From positions 208,627 to 272,626 of the forward strand of contig JAQTYF010000001.1 of the NCBI GenBank assembly GCA_028688415.1: 64,000 bases of DNA, in the 5' to 3' direction. The DNA is from Candidatus Moraniibacteriota bacterium (GTDB lineage Bacteria > Patescibacteriota > Minisyncoccia > Moranbacterales > UBA1568). This document shows positions 9,025 through 18,838 of the stretch, piece by piece (position 1 is the stretch's first letter; the number at the start of each line of letters is the position of its first letter). The notes beneath the pieces were generated by a model that saw only the letters and a program-made list of their open reading frames with translations, ran no database searches and had not been told where the DNA came from. The position numbers were made by a program, and so were the translations under genes.

Positions 9025-10117
9025 ATGAGTACTATGAAAGAAAAAATAGCAGTTCTTCAACAAAAACTCCTGCAGTTGCAGGAATGTCTTTGACTTCGAG
9101 AAAAAAGATATTCGTAGAAAGGAGCTCCGTCTGCAGAGCGAAGCGCCAGGATTCTGGAACGATCCTCAGTCGGCTGGTCTCGTGATGCAAGAACTCGAAT
9201 CCCTCGAGAAAGAACGTTCTTCTTTTGCACAGTTTGAAAAAACTGTCGGAGAGACGAATGACATTGCATCCCTCGAGAATCTCTCTTCGGAAGATGAAAA
9301 AACGCTTGAGGAGGAATATCTCTCGATAGAACAGACATTCGCAGAGTGGGAGCTCAAAACCTTGCTCGGAGGAGAATATGACGATAAAGACGCTCTCCTG
9401 ACTGTCCGGAGTGGGGCAGGCGGTGTCGATGCCCAGGACTGGGCTGAGATGCTGTTTCGTATGTACTCTGCGTATGCGAGCAAACAGGGATGGAAGACAC
9501 GTCTCCTCGATGAATCTCGTGGCACTGAAGCAGGGATTAAAAGCGCCACTATGGAAATAAGCGGGAGATATGCATACGGATATCTCCATGGAGAAGCAGG
9601 CATTCACCGTCTCGTGAGACTCTCGCCATTTAATGCGAATAGTCTGAGACAAACATCGTTTGCCTCCATCGAAGTGATGCCGATCATCGATGAGAAAGGA
9701 ATGATCCCGATCAAGTCCGATGAACTCCGTATTGATACGTATCGATCCTCAGGTGCTGGTGGACAGAATGTCAACAAGACAGAGAGTGCTGTCCGTATCA
9801 CTCATATCCCGACAGGTCTCGTCGCTGCATGTCAGAGCGAGCGTTCTCAGCTCCAGAACAAAGAAGAAGCGATGAAGATGCTTCGTTCAAAAATGGTACA
9901 AAAACACATTGAAGAACAAGCGGAAGCAAAACGGAAACTCCGAGGTGATTTCAAGAGTGCTGGCTGGAGCAATCAGATCCGCTCATATGTCATCCATCCC
10001 TATACCCTCGTCAAGGATCATCGTACCGATACAGAAACGAGCGATACGACCAGAGTGCTCGGTGGTGATCTGCAGATGTTTATCGAAAGCGAACTCCGTT
10101 ACTTACAACTGTATTAA
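9025..10117 (+). CDS. prfB: Peptide chain release factor 2 with programmed +1 frameshift at CTT-TGA-C (9088-9094)
   Basis: SPF and GGQ motifs; short upstream ORF (ATG 9025/9034) ends CTT TGA C and the +1 frame is continuous with the main ORF. Confidence 0.95.
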
Positions 10118-10151
10118 ATTAAAAAAAAGACATTTCATAAATATAAAAAAT

Positions 10152-10853
10152 ATGTCCGATCAAGAGCCTATTATTCGTTTCGAAAATGTGACCAAGGTAT
10201 TTTCTGATGGTATTACTGTGCTCGATAATATCAATCTGTCATTCCGACCAGGAGAATTTGTTTCTCTCGTGGGATCGAGTGGTGCTGGAAAATCGACTCT
10301 TCTCAAACTCATTTACGCTGAAGAAGTTCCGACTCAGGGAGAGGTCTATTTTCGAGGACGATCTATCAGTGGTATCAATCGCAAACATCTTCCATTTTTC
10401 CGTCGCGATATCGGAACTGTTTTTCAGGATTATAAACTTCTCCCCGCGAGAACTGCATTCGAGAACGTTGCATACGCACTCGAAGTTGATGGTAGGAGTA
10501 CGGCAGAGATCAATATCGAAGTGCCGGAGATTCTCGAAATCGTTGGTCTCGGAGACAAAATGCACAAATTTCCGAAGCAACTTTCTGGAGGTGAACAACA
10601 GCGTGTTTCTCTCGCGAGAGCCCTCATCCATCGCCCGAGAGTGATCATCGCCGATGAACCGACAGGGAATCTCGATCCTGTTTCAGCTGATGAAATTATT
10701 CAACTTCTTCTCGAAATCAATTCATTTGGTACGACTGTTCTCCTCGCGACACATAACAAAGGCATTGTCGACAAAATAGGAAAACGCGTTGTCCTTATCA
10801 ATAAAGGGCAGGTCATCCACGATGCAGACAAAGGAAAATACATTCTGAGTTGA
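10152..10853 (+). CDS. ftsE: Cell division ABC ATPase FtsE
   Basis: [35 protein letters not shown]; followed by ftsX. Confidence 0.92.
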   Translation: MSDQEPIIRFENVTKVFSDGITVLDNINLSFRPGEFVSLVGSSGAGKSTLLKLIYAEEVPTQGEVYFRGRSISGINRKHLPFFRRDIGTVFQDYKLLPARTAFENVAYALEVDGRSTAEINIEVPEILEIVGLGDKMHKFPKQLSGGEQQRVSLARALIHRPRVIIADEPTGNLDPVSADEIIQLLLEINSFGTTVLLATHNKGIVDKIGKRVVLINKGQVIHDADKGKYILS

Positions 10854-10962
10854 AGATACAGGATAGGTGATGCAGAACAAAAGAGAAAAAGCACCTATCA
10901 ATTCCTTCATTCTTGTTCTCAATATCTCTCATCTCTTATCTCTTATCTTTTATCATCAACAT

Positions 10963-11877
10963 ATGAAAATGCTCAAGCTCTGGCGCACCTTCAAAGAAGG
11001 AAAAAATAATTTCTTTCGTAATGGTTGGCTGACATTTGCGACAGTGAGTATTCTGACTTTCTCGCTTTTTATCGTCGGACTTTCTCTCTTGCTCGGTATC
11101 ACATCGCAATATATTTTGCAGAATATGCGAGAGAAAGTGAGTATCAATGTTTCTTTCAATCCTGATGTGAGTGAAGAACGGATACTCGCCATCAGAGAGA
11201 AACTCGCACAAGCCACCAAAGAAATTGCCTCTGTCGAATATATTTCTCGCGATGCAGCACTCGAACAGTTTCTCGAGGAGAGTGGCAACGACCCGACTAT
11301 TGTCCAAGCACTGAAAGAAATCGGGGAGAATCCGCTCTTTGCTTCTCTCGTGATCAAAGCGGTACAACCTGATCAGTATGCACTCATCGTCAGTGAGATG
11401 CAGAAATCGACATTCCAGAATGATATCAGTCGTATCAATTACGAAAAAAACAAAAAAATATTTGAGCGTCTCGATCGTATGGGAACGATGACGAGCAAGG
11501 CTGGTCTGGCACTCGGAGCAATATTTATTTTCATTGCCATTCTGATCACGTTCAATGCTATCCGTATCACCATCTATTCTCATCGTCAGGAGTTTGAAGT
11601 GATGCGTCTCGTCGGTGCTTCGAATATCTATGTCCGTATGCCGTTTGTTTTCGAAGGAGCACTCTACGGTTTTGTTGCGAGTGTTCTCTCGATTATTACG
11701 CTCTACGGTATGGCCTACTATATCGCTCCATTTACTGATGGTTCTATGAATATGGGAAATATGCTAGATGTTTTTCTTGGGTATTTTTGGTACCTTTTTG
11801 TAGGATTGATAGTACTCGGTATCACACTCGGTGTTGTGAGTAGCACCCTCGCTATCCGTCGTTATCTCAAAGCATAA
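10963..11877 (+). CDS. ftsX: Cell division permease FtsX
   Basis: RNGWLTFAT, ENPLFASLVIK, NAIRITIYSHRQEFEVMRLVGAS..PFVFEG. Confidence 0.92.
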   Translation: MKMLKLWRTFKEGKNNFFRNGWLTFATVSILTFSLFIVGLSLLLGITSQYILQNMREKVSINVSFNPDVSEERILAIREKLAQATKEIASVEYISRDAALEQFLEESGNDPTIVQALKEIGENPLFASLVIKAVQPDQYALIVSEMQKSTFQNDISRINYEKNKKIFERLDRMGTMTSKAGLALGAIFIFIAILITFNAIRITIYSHRQEFEVMRLVGASNIYVRMPFVFEGALYGFVASVLSIITLYGMAYYIAPFTDGSMNMGNMLDVFLGYFWYLFVGLIVLGITLGVVSSTLAIRRYLKA

Positions 11878-11988
11878 TATTTTTCCCTTCTTCCGATACG
11901 CCGATAGGACCACTCTTGACGAAAGGGTGGTTTTATTGTATTTTGAACTGTCCTGTTGTTTAACAATTTCTTTTGAAAGGAGATTACT

Positions 11989-12678
11989 ATGCTTACCTGT
12001 GTAATAGATATACTCAGACAGCATCAGGAAGATCCTGGGCTGTTTGAAAAGGTTGTCCGTGGTACATTTGCATATGGCAGTCCGCAGATGCAATTGATGG
12101 CAGATGCGCGACTCATCGCTACTGAGGCACATCGTTTCGATACGCGCTACAGCGGTGAAGCCTACGTCCGTCACGCTGAGCTGGTAACGGTCATCGATAT
12201 GGAGTATCTCGGATGTACCGATCCCGTTGAGCTTGCCAGCGATCTCACTCACGATGTCGGCGAAGATCATGGAGAACAATGGCCGATCTATCGGATCGGC
12301 GAAAGACTTGGCAAAGAAGTCGCGGAAACTGATGACTGGGTCAACCGGCGACGGTTTGATTATGTGAGGGATGTATCGGAAGCCAAACGGCTTTTCTTTC
12401 ATAACCTGCTGTTCGTAGCACCGCTACGTCCCATCCGGGTTAAGCTATGTGATCAGCTGCACAATGGATTGACCCCATGGAACCTTGATGACGAGGCCTG
12501 GGTTGGACGAAAAGTCCATGACCTTCGGGAATATTACATTCCTATGGCCAAGAAGGTTGGTGTTCTCTATCGAGAGCTCATAGAAGTGACCAGGGCCTTG
12601 GAAAATGGTATCTGTCTCTTACCACCGGTTTCAATACCGCAGAATGTCAGTTCGACTCACAGTGCCGGTCTCGGATGA
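11989..12678 (+). CDS. Stand-alone HD-domain protein of RelA/SpoT hydrolase (SAH/Mesh1) type
   Basis: AH..RYSGEAYVRH, HDVGED and VKLCDQLHN motifs. Confidence 0.75.
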   Translation: MLTCVIDILRQHQEDPGLFEKVVRGTFAYGSPQMQLMADARLIATEAHRFDTRYSGEAYVRHAELVTVIDMEYLGCTDPVELASDLTHDVGEDHGEQWPIYRIGERLGKEVAETDDWVNRRRFDYVRDVSEAKRLFFHNLLFVAPLRPIRVKLCDQLHNGLTPWNLDDEAWVGRKVHDLREYYIPMAKKVGVLYRELIEVTRALENGICLLPPVSIPQNVSSTHSAGLG

Positions 12679-12695
12679 ACCGGAAAAATGAAAAA

Positions 12696-12738
12696 GACCG
12701 CGGATTATCCTGATACAGGTGTCCGCGGTTTTCTCTTG
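12696..12738 (+). terminator. Terminator after the HD gene
   Basis: ACCGCGGA...TCCGCGGT followed by TTTCTCTT. Confidence 0.65.
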
Positions 12739-12814
12739 AAAAAAAAATCGTTTTAGCGTAGAATAGGAAAACATTCGAAATGAAGACCCTTCTCTTCATT
12801 TTTTTGTAGCCCAT

Positions 12815-12885
12815 TGGGGTGTGGCCAAGCGGTAAGGCAATGGGTTCTGGTCCCATGATCCTAGGTTCGAATCCTAGCACCCCAG
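12815..12885 (+). tRNA. tRNA-Gln (anticodon CTG), integration target; CCA not encoded
   Basis: TGGGGTG/CACCCCA acceptor, ATGGG-TTCTGGT-CCCAT anticodon arm, CTAGG-TTCGAAT-CCTAG T arm. Confidence 0.95.
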
Positions 12886-14409
12886 CATTGTTGAACGATG
12901 AGAGGCGAGAGCCTCTTTTTTCGTTTCTATAGCGAGGGAATTCAGTTCGAAGGTACGTTTTCTCTCTGTCAGAGTCTCCACATCTTCACGAAGCCATAAG
13001 AAAGGATCATTAAGGTCGAAATACGCTAGCTTGCGGTCTTTCACGCCAATGTTCGAAGTGAAAACTTCTACGATATCTCGTTTCATTTCTTTCGTGCCGA
13101 GATTGAAGAGATTATGCGCTGTTTTTATGAAACGAACAGCCTGCTCGATCTCGTCTCCAAGTTCTGCAGTAGTATGTTTTGCGTTAGAGAGCTTCTCTTC
13201 GATATTTGCTTCTTCCATTGTGATTTCTGAATACTTTCTATCGTATATTTCTTTCGGCAGAGCATTATCGATAAACTTCTCGACCAGCGACTCTTTGCGT
13301 CGGCGTGTGTCTTCGAGTATATGGAGTAATCGCGCCTCCGTTTCTTTCGCGAGATTGTCTTCGCTTCTCAATTTCTCTTTCGATGCATCCACGATCAAAT
13401 CCAGTATCTCATCATCGAAATGAATCTTTTTCAATTCTTCTGCAATATGTTTCTCCAAATCTTCCTCTCGTGTGTATGGCTGAGAACATTGTCTCACGCC
13501 TTTGGACTTGGTACACCGATAATATGTGTGGCCTTTTTGTATTTCTGCCGTCACCTTGAGTCCACATTCACCGCATACGAGAAAGCCTCGATAGGTGAAC
13601 AATCGTTTCGTATGTTGCGTTTGCCATTTCTTTGGTTCGAGTCGTTTCGTCGCTTCTTCGAAAGTAGCGAGTGAAATGATTGGTTCGTGAACACCGTTAT
13701 ATACCTGTCCTTTCCATTTGAAGAGCCCAGCATAGACTGGATTCGTGAGGATTCTATACACAGTGCTTTTGCCGACCCTGTTGCCGAGACGTGAACGGAA
13801 TCCCTCTTCGTAGAGGGTATTCGCGATACTCTCAACAGAGAGATTATCCGAAATATAGAGATCAAAGACACGTAAAACAAAAGGGACGGCTTGTGGATCC
13901 TGAATCATCGCTTTTGTCTTATAGTCCGACATATAGCCGAAAGGACGTGGCCCAGGATATTCGCCTCGACGTACTTTCTCTGCCAATCCTCGTCTGACAT
14001 TCTTACTCAAATCACGGATGTACTGAGTCGCCATAGAAAACTCGATACTTGCCATCACGACGTTATCTTCTGGATTGTACTCTCGATCAAATGTTCGTAT
14101 CTGTTTGATTGTCTCATTCTGTAACATCCATTTCACCATTCCCTCATCGACAGGATTGCGCGCCAAGCGATCGATTTTCCAACAGAGTACTCCTTGTGCT
14201 TTCCCTTGTTGAATGAATTTCATCATCTCTGCAAAGACTGGTCGTCCGGGAGCTTTCGCAGATTTTGATTCTTGAAAAATTTTGATGACACTCAGACCTT
14301 CGCGTCTTGCGATTTCTTGCATTTCAATAATCTGAGATTGAATAGACAAAGATTGTCGATCTTCACTCTCAGTAGATTTTCTGGCGTAGATGATGTAGTG
14401 CATATTCAT
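12874..14409 (-). CDS. Large serine recombinase (resolvase + recombinase + Zn-ribbon + coiled coil)
   Basis: YARKST catalytic Ser, GRPVF, KIDRLARN, PFGY, HEPIIS, CGECG..YYRC; stop codon lies inside the tRNA-Gln gene. Confidence 0.93.
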   Translation of the reverse strand: MNMHYIIYARKSTESEDRQSLSIQSQIIEMQEIARREGLSVIKIFQESKSAKAPGRPVFAEMMKFIQQGKAQGVLCWKIDRLARNPVDEGMVKWMLQNETIKQIRTFDREYNPEDNVVMASIEFSMATQYIRDLSKNVRRGLAEKVRRGEYPGPRPFGYMSDYKTKAMIQDPQAVPFVLRVFDLYISDNLSVESIANTLYEEGFRSRLGNRVGKSTVYRILTNPVYAGLFKWKGQVYNGVHEPIISLATFEEATKRLEPKKWQTQHTKRLFTYRGFLVCGECGLKVTAEIQKGHTYYRCTKSKGVRQCSQPYTREEDLEKHIAEELKKIHFDDEILDLIVDASKEKLRSEDNLAKETEARLLHILEDTRRRKESLVEKFIDNALPKEIYDRKYSEITMEEANIEEKLSNAKHTTAELGDEIEQAVRFIKTAHNLFNLGTKEMKRDIVEVFTSNIGVKDRKLAYFDLNDPFLWLREDVETLTERKRTFELNSLAIETKKEALASHRSTMLGC

Positions 14410-14543
14410 CAATTGAAAATATATCCGATGAGGAGGAATGTACCAAGACAAAGAAAGTACACAACGATTTCCATTGGACGCCATTTTGAAAAAGGAGGAG
14501 CTCCTTTGTAGCGGAAGTTTTTATGAGATAAATACATATTGCG

Positions 14544-14700
14544 CAAAACAAAAGGGCACCCTTCGTTGCACACAGATCCTTTCGGACACTGTACGAAGGA
14601 ATGCCCTTTCGTCGGAACAACTAAGAATAGTTGCTCCATGTGTCCGAAATATAAATCTGTGTGCATATACATAGTACAGTATTTTTAGTATTTTCTCCAA
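14544..14700 (-). promoter_or_regulatory. Putative promoter plus a GAAA-capped leader hairpin/terminator upstream of the recombinase
   Basis: Minus strand: TTGGAG-N18-TACTAT (14700-14671); stem 14551-14609 with TCC-GAAA-GGA apex followed by TTTTGTTTTG. Confidence 0.55.
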
Positions 14701-15551
14701 ATCCAAACTCTTTTTTCTCTGCCTCTTCATCGCCCGCGTCGCTTCCGCTCCTTCTTCGCTTCGCTCACTGCCCTGAGCAGGGCAGGCGGGCTTCGTCTCT
14801 GCCAGCTCTCCTCTCTCTACCTCTTCAAACTTCTCCCGACGCCCCCAACAAATGTCAGAGCTCGATTCGGTTTCTGCTTCTCACATCACCTCAGTCTCGC
14901 TCCGTCTTTCTTTCACCCATTATCGTTGTGCTCGGAACCATTCGAACATCGACTGGAATCAGGAGTGCCTCTTGTCCCTCTCCGCAGAAGACTCCTCTTC
15001 CTGACAGTAAGAGGAGACATCTGCTTCGTAATGGTGGACGAGACTGGCACTCCCGACCCATCCGACGTTCGCCTGCCGAGCACAGCAGATTTTATTGCGC
15101 GGAAAAATGAATGACACTCTTTCTCTTCCGACCCGTGTCCTCGTCGATATCAGGGTGGATACCCCCCGGCCACCCTTCCCTGATAGACGAAGGACAAAAC
15201 CGCACTCCCGACAAGCATCGCATAAGTGCAACCCCTATTATGCAACTCTCATCCCAGAGATGAGGTCGCATAATTGGCACTTATGCCGACGCGTATCGGA
15301 GAGGCGGTGGCGGGTCGGTGATGCCCTGTCATACTTTTCGGAGTACTTTCCGCGCACCCGAGACACCGAGCACTTGCATCTTCGCGTCGTTTCTATTGCT
15401 TCCTTTTTGGTGAGAGGAGTGGCTCCTTGCCAAATACCACCACGCCTCACCCGTTCCATTTTTTCCGCCCAGCAGATTTTTCATCCTCTCCATTTTTTCG
15501 CATCTCTTTGTGTTTTTCATTCTTCTTACTTCTTATATTGAAAAAGATTCT

Positions 15552-15689
15552 TTCTTTTTCGATTCGATCGATTTTTCTTTGTTTCGATGTCGTCCTTGTC
15601 GAACGACAACAGAAAAATCATGTGTCGTTCTCTTTTTTCGTTTCTTCTTTTTCGTATTTCTTCTTTTTCGATTCGATCGATTTTTCTTT
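15552..15689. repeat. Two ~29 bp direct repeats (TTCTTTTTCGATTCGATCGATTTTTCTTT) next to an AT-rich tract
   Basis: Copies at ~15552-15580 and ~15661-15689. Confidence 0.8.
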
Positions 15690-15818
15690 AAATTAAAAAT
15701 TAGAATTACTTTTATTATTTAATTTTTCTTTTTAAATGCTTATTTTTTGTGCTCATTCTTGATACCATTTATTGGTGCAAGATATGCTCTCCGGTCGGTG
15801 TAATTGTTACACCTACCC

Positions 15819-16178
15819 CTATCTTTTCCTTTGTTTGATAAGAAGGATATATCTGTTTACCTTCCGTGAGTTTTTTGATGATCGTTCTACGCGAAGATAC
15901 CCGATTTCTTCTAATTCCCCAATAGCTTTAATGACAGTATTCTTCGCACAATTAGTTTCTGACGCGATTGTTCTTTGTGATGGATGACAATCTTCTTTTC
16001 CAGCGAATGTATGCATGACCAAATTACAATATACCAGTTTCGCTGGTCTAGTGAGCCGTTTGTCCAGAAGCACTTTATGTGGAATCATTGAAAACCCGAT
16101 TTCTCTCCATTTGTCACGAGAGTTTTTGATGTATCCTTCCATGCGATTTCCTCGATTGATTATGTTCTTTATCTCCAT
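15819..16178 (-). CDS. Helix-turn-helix protein resembling phage/plasmid replication-initiator N-terminal domains
   Basis: GFSMIP..LLDKRLT..AKLVY..CHPSQRTIA..NTVIKAIGELEEIGYL..NRY. Confidence 0.8.
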   Translation of the reverse strand: MEIKNIINRGNRMEGYIKNSRDKWREIGFSMIPHKVLLDKRLTRPAKLVYCNLVMHTFAGKEDCHPSQRTIASETNCAKNTVIKAIGELEEIGYLRVERSSKNSRKVNRYILLIKQRKR

Positions 16179-16192
16179 AGTGTTATGTTACT

Positions 16193-16366
16193 TTATTGAT
16201 TATTTTTTTGCTTATATATTTCCAAAAGCTCCAGCGCTATATTGCTGATTTTGGCAAATTGATCAAGAAATATTTCAGCTTGATCCTCAGTAATACTGAA
16301 ACCAGCGCGTTTCGACATTACACGTTGGCATCGCTTGATTAATCTATCGGAATATTTTCGTTGCAT
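16193..16366 (-). CDS. Small hypothetical protein (57 aa, MQRKYSDRLIKRCQ...), below the ORF-track cutoff
   Basis: Translated by hand; ATG to TAA, ends 14 nt upstream of the HTH gene. Confidence 0.6.
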   Translation of the reverse strand: MQRKYSDRLIKRCQRVMSKRAGFSITEDQAEIFLDQFAKISNIALELLEIYKQKNNQ

Positions 16367-16536
16367 ATTGATGGTGAAATCTTATACAACTATTATTACA
16401 AACCCAATTTTTCAATTAATGAAAGTGTGTGTCGGTGGGATTTTGTGTTTTTTCAAGGCTATTTTTGGCATAATAAAAGGACTTTTTGAAAAAAGTCCCA
16501 CTAGATCCTGAAATACAATTTTTTAAATCCCACTTG

Positions 16537-17667
16537 CTACCTGAAAGTCATGAATATAATATTTTGTTTCTTATCAATCTTAAATTGAAAGTCTTTCAAT
16601 TTTTTATCTCTCTGCAGTTCACCACGGGTATTTTTTACAAAATTAAACCTTTCTGTGTGATTTAATTGCTTGCCAAAATTCACAGTGCTTATATTTAATG
16701 GCTCTTTACGAATATCTACATAGACTGCGTCTATATTTCTCCCATCTCCAAAATTTTTGACAAGACACTCGAGAAGTTTGAATTTTTGTGTATCTTTGCC
16801 ACCAATTTTTATAGCAACTTCTCCTGCTATCTGAAGAAAGCCGATCTTTTCCTTTATAAAACACGTTGGCGCCACCTTCCTTTTTACCGCTTTCATTCCA
16901 ATCTTTTTGAGGAATTTTTTCTGTAAATCAATGCTAACGAAAAAGCGCGATTCATCACGAGCGTTCTTTTCACTGCCGAGGCTATTGATTTTTACATCAC
17001 TGTTTTCTTCAAGCGCTAACATACAATCCAGCAGTCGAAAGTCCTCTCCAAACTCAAAATCTTTTAGTACCAGTCCCTCCCCGTATTTCTCATAGTCCGT
17101 CCGCGCTCTCTTTTCGAAGATTGCCTCATGGTCTGAAAAGTTGAGATATGCAATGTTTACTTTTTGCAGATTGTCTTCAGAAAACGCTTTGGCGTAGCTC
17201 TTAATAAAACTGTGGAGACCGTTTCTTGCTTTCTCTGTCATTGTAATTTTGAAATTAACACCACTAAATAACACGGCGGAAATTTTTTCTTGCTTTTGGA
17301 ACACTTCTTCTAAATCTGTAAGTGTAAATTTATTTTCAATGATTCTTTTTACAGACGTATATTTTTGTAATGGATCAGGATGGCACATTTGATAGAGATG
17401 CTCTTTTATTCCTTTTTTATCAGCATAGAAAAGTCCATATCGGTCAAATTCAAATTGCTTCAATTGTATTCCATAAGCGCTGTTTATTTGCGAGATTGTT
17501 TGAAAGACATAGAGCAGTGCGGGTTTTTTAAAATTAAAGAATTGTATTTCTTCAAAATCAAAACTCTTTTGTTCCCCGTATGGATAGTCGATCAATTTCA
17601 AGATAAGAAATAAAATATCCTCATCAATATAGGCTAATTTTTTTGTTTCTTTGGTGGCGCTTTTCAT
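16537..17667 (-). CDS. Hypothetical protein (376 aa), possible C-terminal winged-helix
   Basis: Long ORF; hairpin GGACTTTT..AAAAGTCC downstream at ~16479-16498. Confidence 0.7.
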   Translation of the reverse strand: MKSATKETKKLAYIDEDILFLILKLIDYPYGEQKSFDFEEIQFFNFKKPALLYVFQTISQINSAYGIQLKQFEFDRYGLFYADKKGIKEHLYQMCHPDPLQKYTSVKRIIENKFTLTDLEEVFQKQEKISAVLFSGVNFKITMTEKARNGLHSFIKSYAKAFSEDNLQKVNIAYLNFSDHEAIFEKRARTDYEKYGEGLVLKDFEFGEDFRLLDCMLALEENSDVKINSLGSEKNARDESRFFVSIDLQKKFLKKIGMKAVKRKVAPTCFIKEKIGFLQIAGEVAIKIGGKDTQKFKLLECLVKNFGDGRNIDAVYVDIRKEPLNISTVNFGKQLNHTERFNFVKNTRGELQRDKKLKDFQFKIDKKQNIIFMTFR

Positions 17668-17715
17668 ACTTGCTTATTCGTGGGGAAGTTGTAGACTAAT
17701 AGTAAGTCAAAAACT

Positions 17716-17913
17716 ATGAAGACGCAACAGAAGAAAATTGAAGAATATCCTGAAATTCTCACACTTGCAGAGGCGTGTGAGTTGTTAAATTGCCACCCGA
17801 ACACACTCCGCAATTGGGACAATAAAGGAATCCTGAAAGCGATCCGATTTGGGACGCGCGGTGATCGACGATACAAAAAAGAGGATGTGTTAAAAATTAT
17901 CAATAAGGATTAG
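17716..17913 (+). CDS. Excisionase/MerR-like HTH DNA-binding protein
   Basis: ILTLAEACELLNCHPNTLRNWDNKG..GDRRY. Confidence 0.85.
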   Translation: MKTQQKKIEEYPEILTLAEACELLNCHPNTLRNWDNKGILKAIRFGTRGDRRYKKEDVLKIINKD

Positions 17914-17920
17914 TAAGATT

Positions 17921-18835
17921 ATGGCACTATTCAAGATCAGCGGCTCTGTCGTCAAGAAGATAATCGTAAAGGATGCAGATTTAGAAAAAAATCTACAATC
18001 TCTATTTGAACAAAACTTAGAAGAGATCTTGAATATTAATTTTCTTGCTCATGAATATTCCACGAGTTTTGGTGGAAGAATGGATACTTTGGGTATAGAC
18101 AAAAATGGCTCACCCTGCATTATCGAGTATAAGAAAAGTCAGAACGATAATGTTATCAATCAAGGTCTTTCATATTTGCGCTGGCTTTTGGATCACAAGG
18201 CTGATTTTGAAATTTTATGCAAAAATAAAAATATCAACATTGATATTGATTGGGATTCACCACGAGTAATTTGTGTTGCGGAAAGTTATAACAAATTTGA
18301 TATAGATACGGCGGATATTTTACCAATCAATATTGAGCTTTTGAGATACAGGATTTATGAAAACGATATTCTTTATCTTGAACCGGAGAGCTACCAAAAA
18401 ATAAAAATTTCTACTTCTGGAATTATCAAGAAATCAAAAAATAACAATAAAGAAAAAACGGAACTTTTGCAAAAAGATTATTCTGTGGAGGATCATTTAA
18501 AAAAGGCTGACCAAAAAACAAATGATCTGTTTCACAAATTACGCGAAAAAATTATTTCCATCGATGAAGAAATAAGAGAGGAACCAAAGAAATTTTATAT
18601 AGCCTACAAGACAGCAACCAACTTCGCCGACTTGATTATCTATAAGAATGAAATCAGAATTACGCTCAATGTAAAAAGCGGAAAATTAATTGATGTATTC
18701 GACATGGCGACAGATTTTACAAAACCCAAGAAAGGCCACTGGGGTAATGGAGACTATGAGGTGAAATTAAGGGAAGAGAAAGATCTTGAGTCAGTTTTTC
18801 TTTTAATCAAGCAAAGTTATGATTTGAATAAGTAG
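17921..18835 (+). CDS. PD-(D/E)XK (NucS-like) nuclease fused to DUF5655
   Basis: EKNLQ..GRMDTLGID..IIEYK..QGLSY; C-terminal KFYIAYK..GHWGNGDYEV. Confidence 0.8.
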   Translation: MALFKISGSVVKKIIVKDADLEKNLQSLFEQNLEEILNINFLAHEYSTSFGGRMDTLGIDKNGSPCIIEYKKSQNDNVINQGLSYLRWLLDHKADFEILCKNKNINIDIDWDSPRVICVAESYNKFDIDTADILPINIELLRYRIYENDILYLEPESYQKIKISTSGIIKKSKNNNKEKTELLQKDYSVEDHLKKADQKTNDLFHKLREKIISIDEEIREEPKKFYIAYKTATNFADLIIYKNEIRITLNVKSGKLIDVFDMATDFTKPKKGHWGNGDYEVKLREEKDLESVFLLIKQSYDLNK

Positions 18836-18838
18836 TTT

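Noticed and set aside
9032-9652. 206 aa minus-strand ORF (and similar long shadow ORFs such as 10936-11583, 11764-12402, 36073-36756)
   Set aside because: Antisense to well-supported genes; no recognisable motifs.
10855-10960. N-terminal extensions of ftsX/ftsE in the ORF track and short TCTCTTA-like repeats
   Set aside because: The extensions are low-complexity spacer sequence; the few heptamer repeats are too short to assign a function.
14661-15722. Several ORFs in the island's intergenic region (14661-15110, 15095-15541, 15427-15696)
   Set aside because: Low-complexity Ser/Pro/Arg- or Phe-rich translations that overlap each other; better explained as structured or repetitive non-coding DNA.
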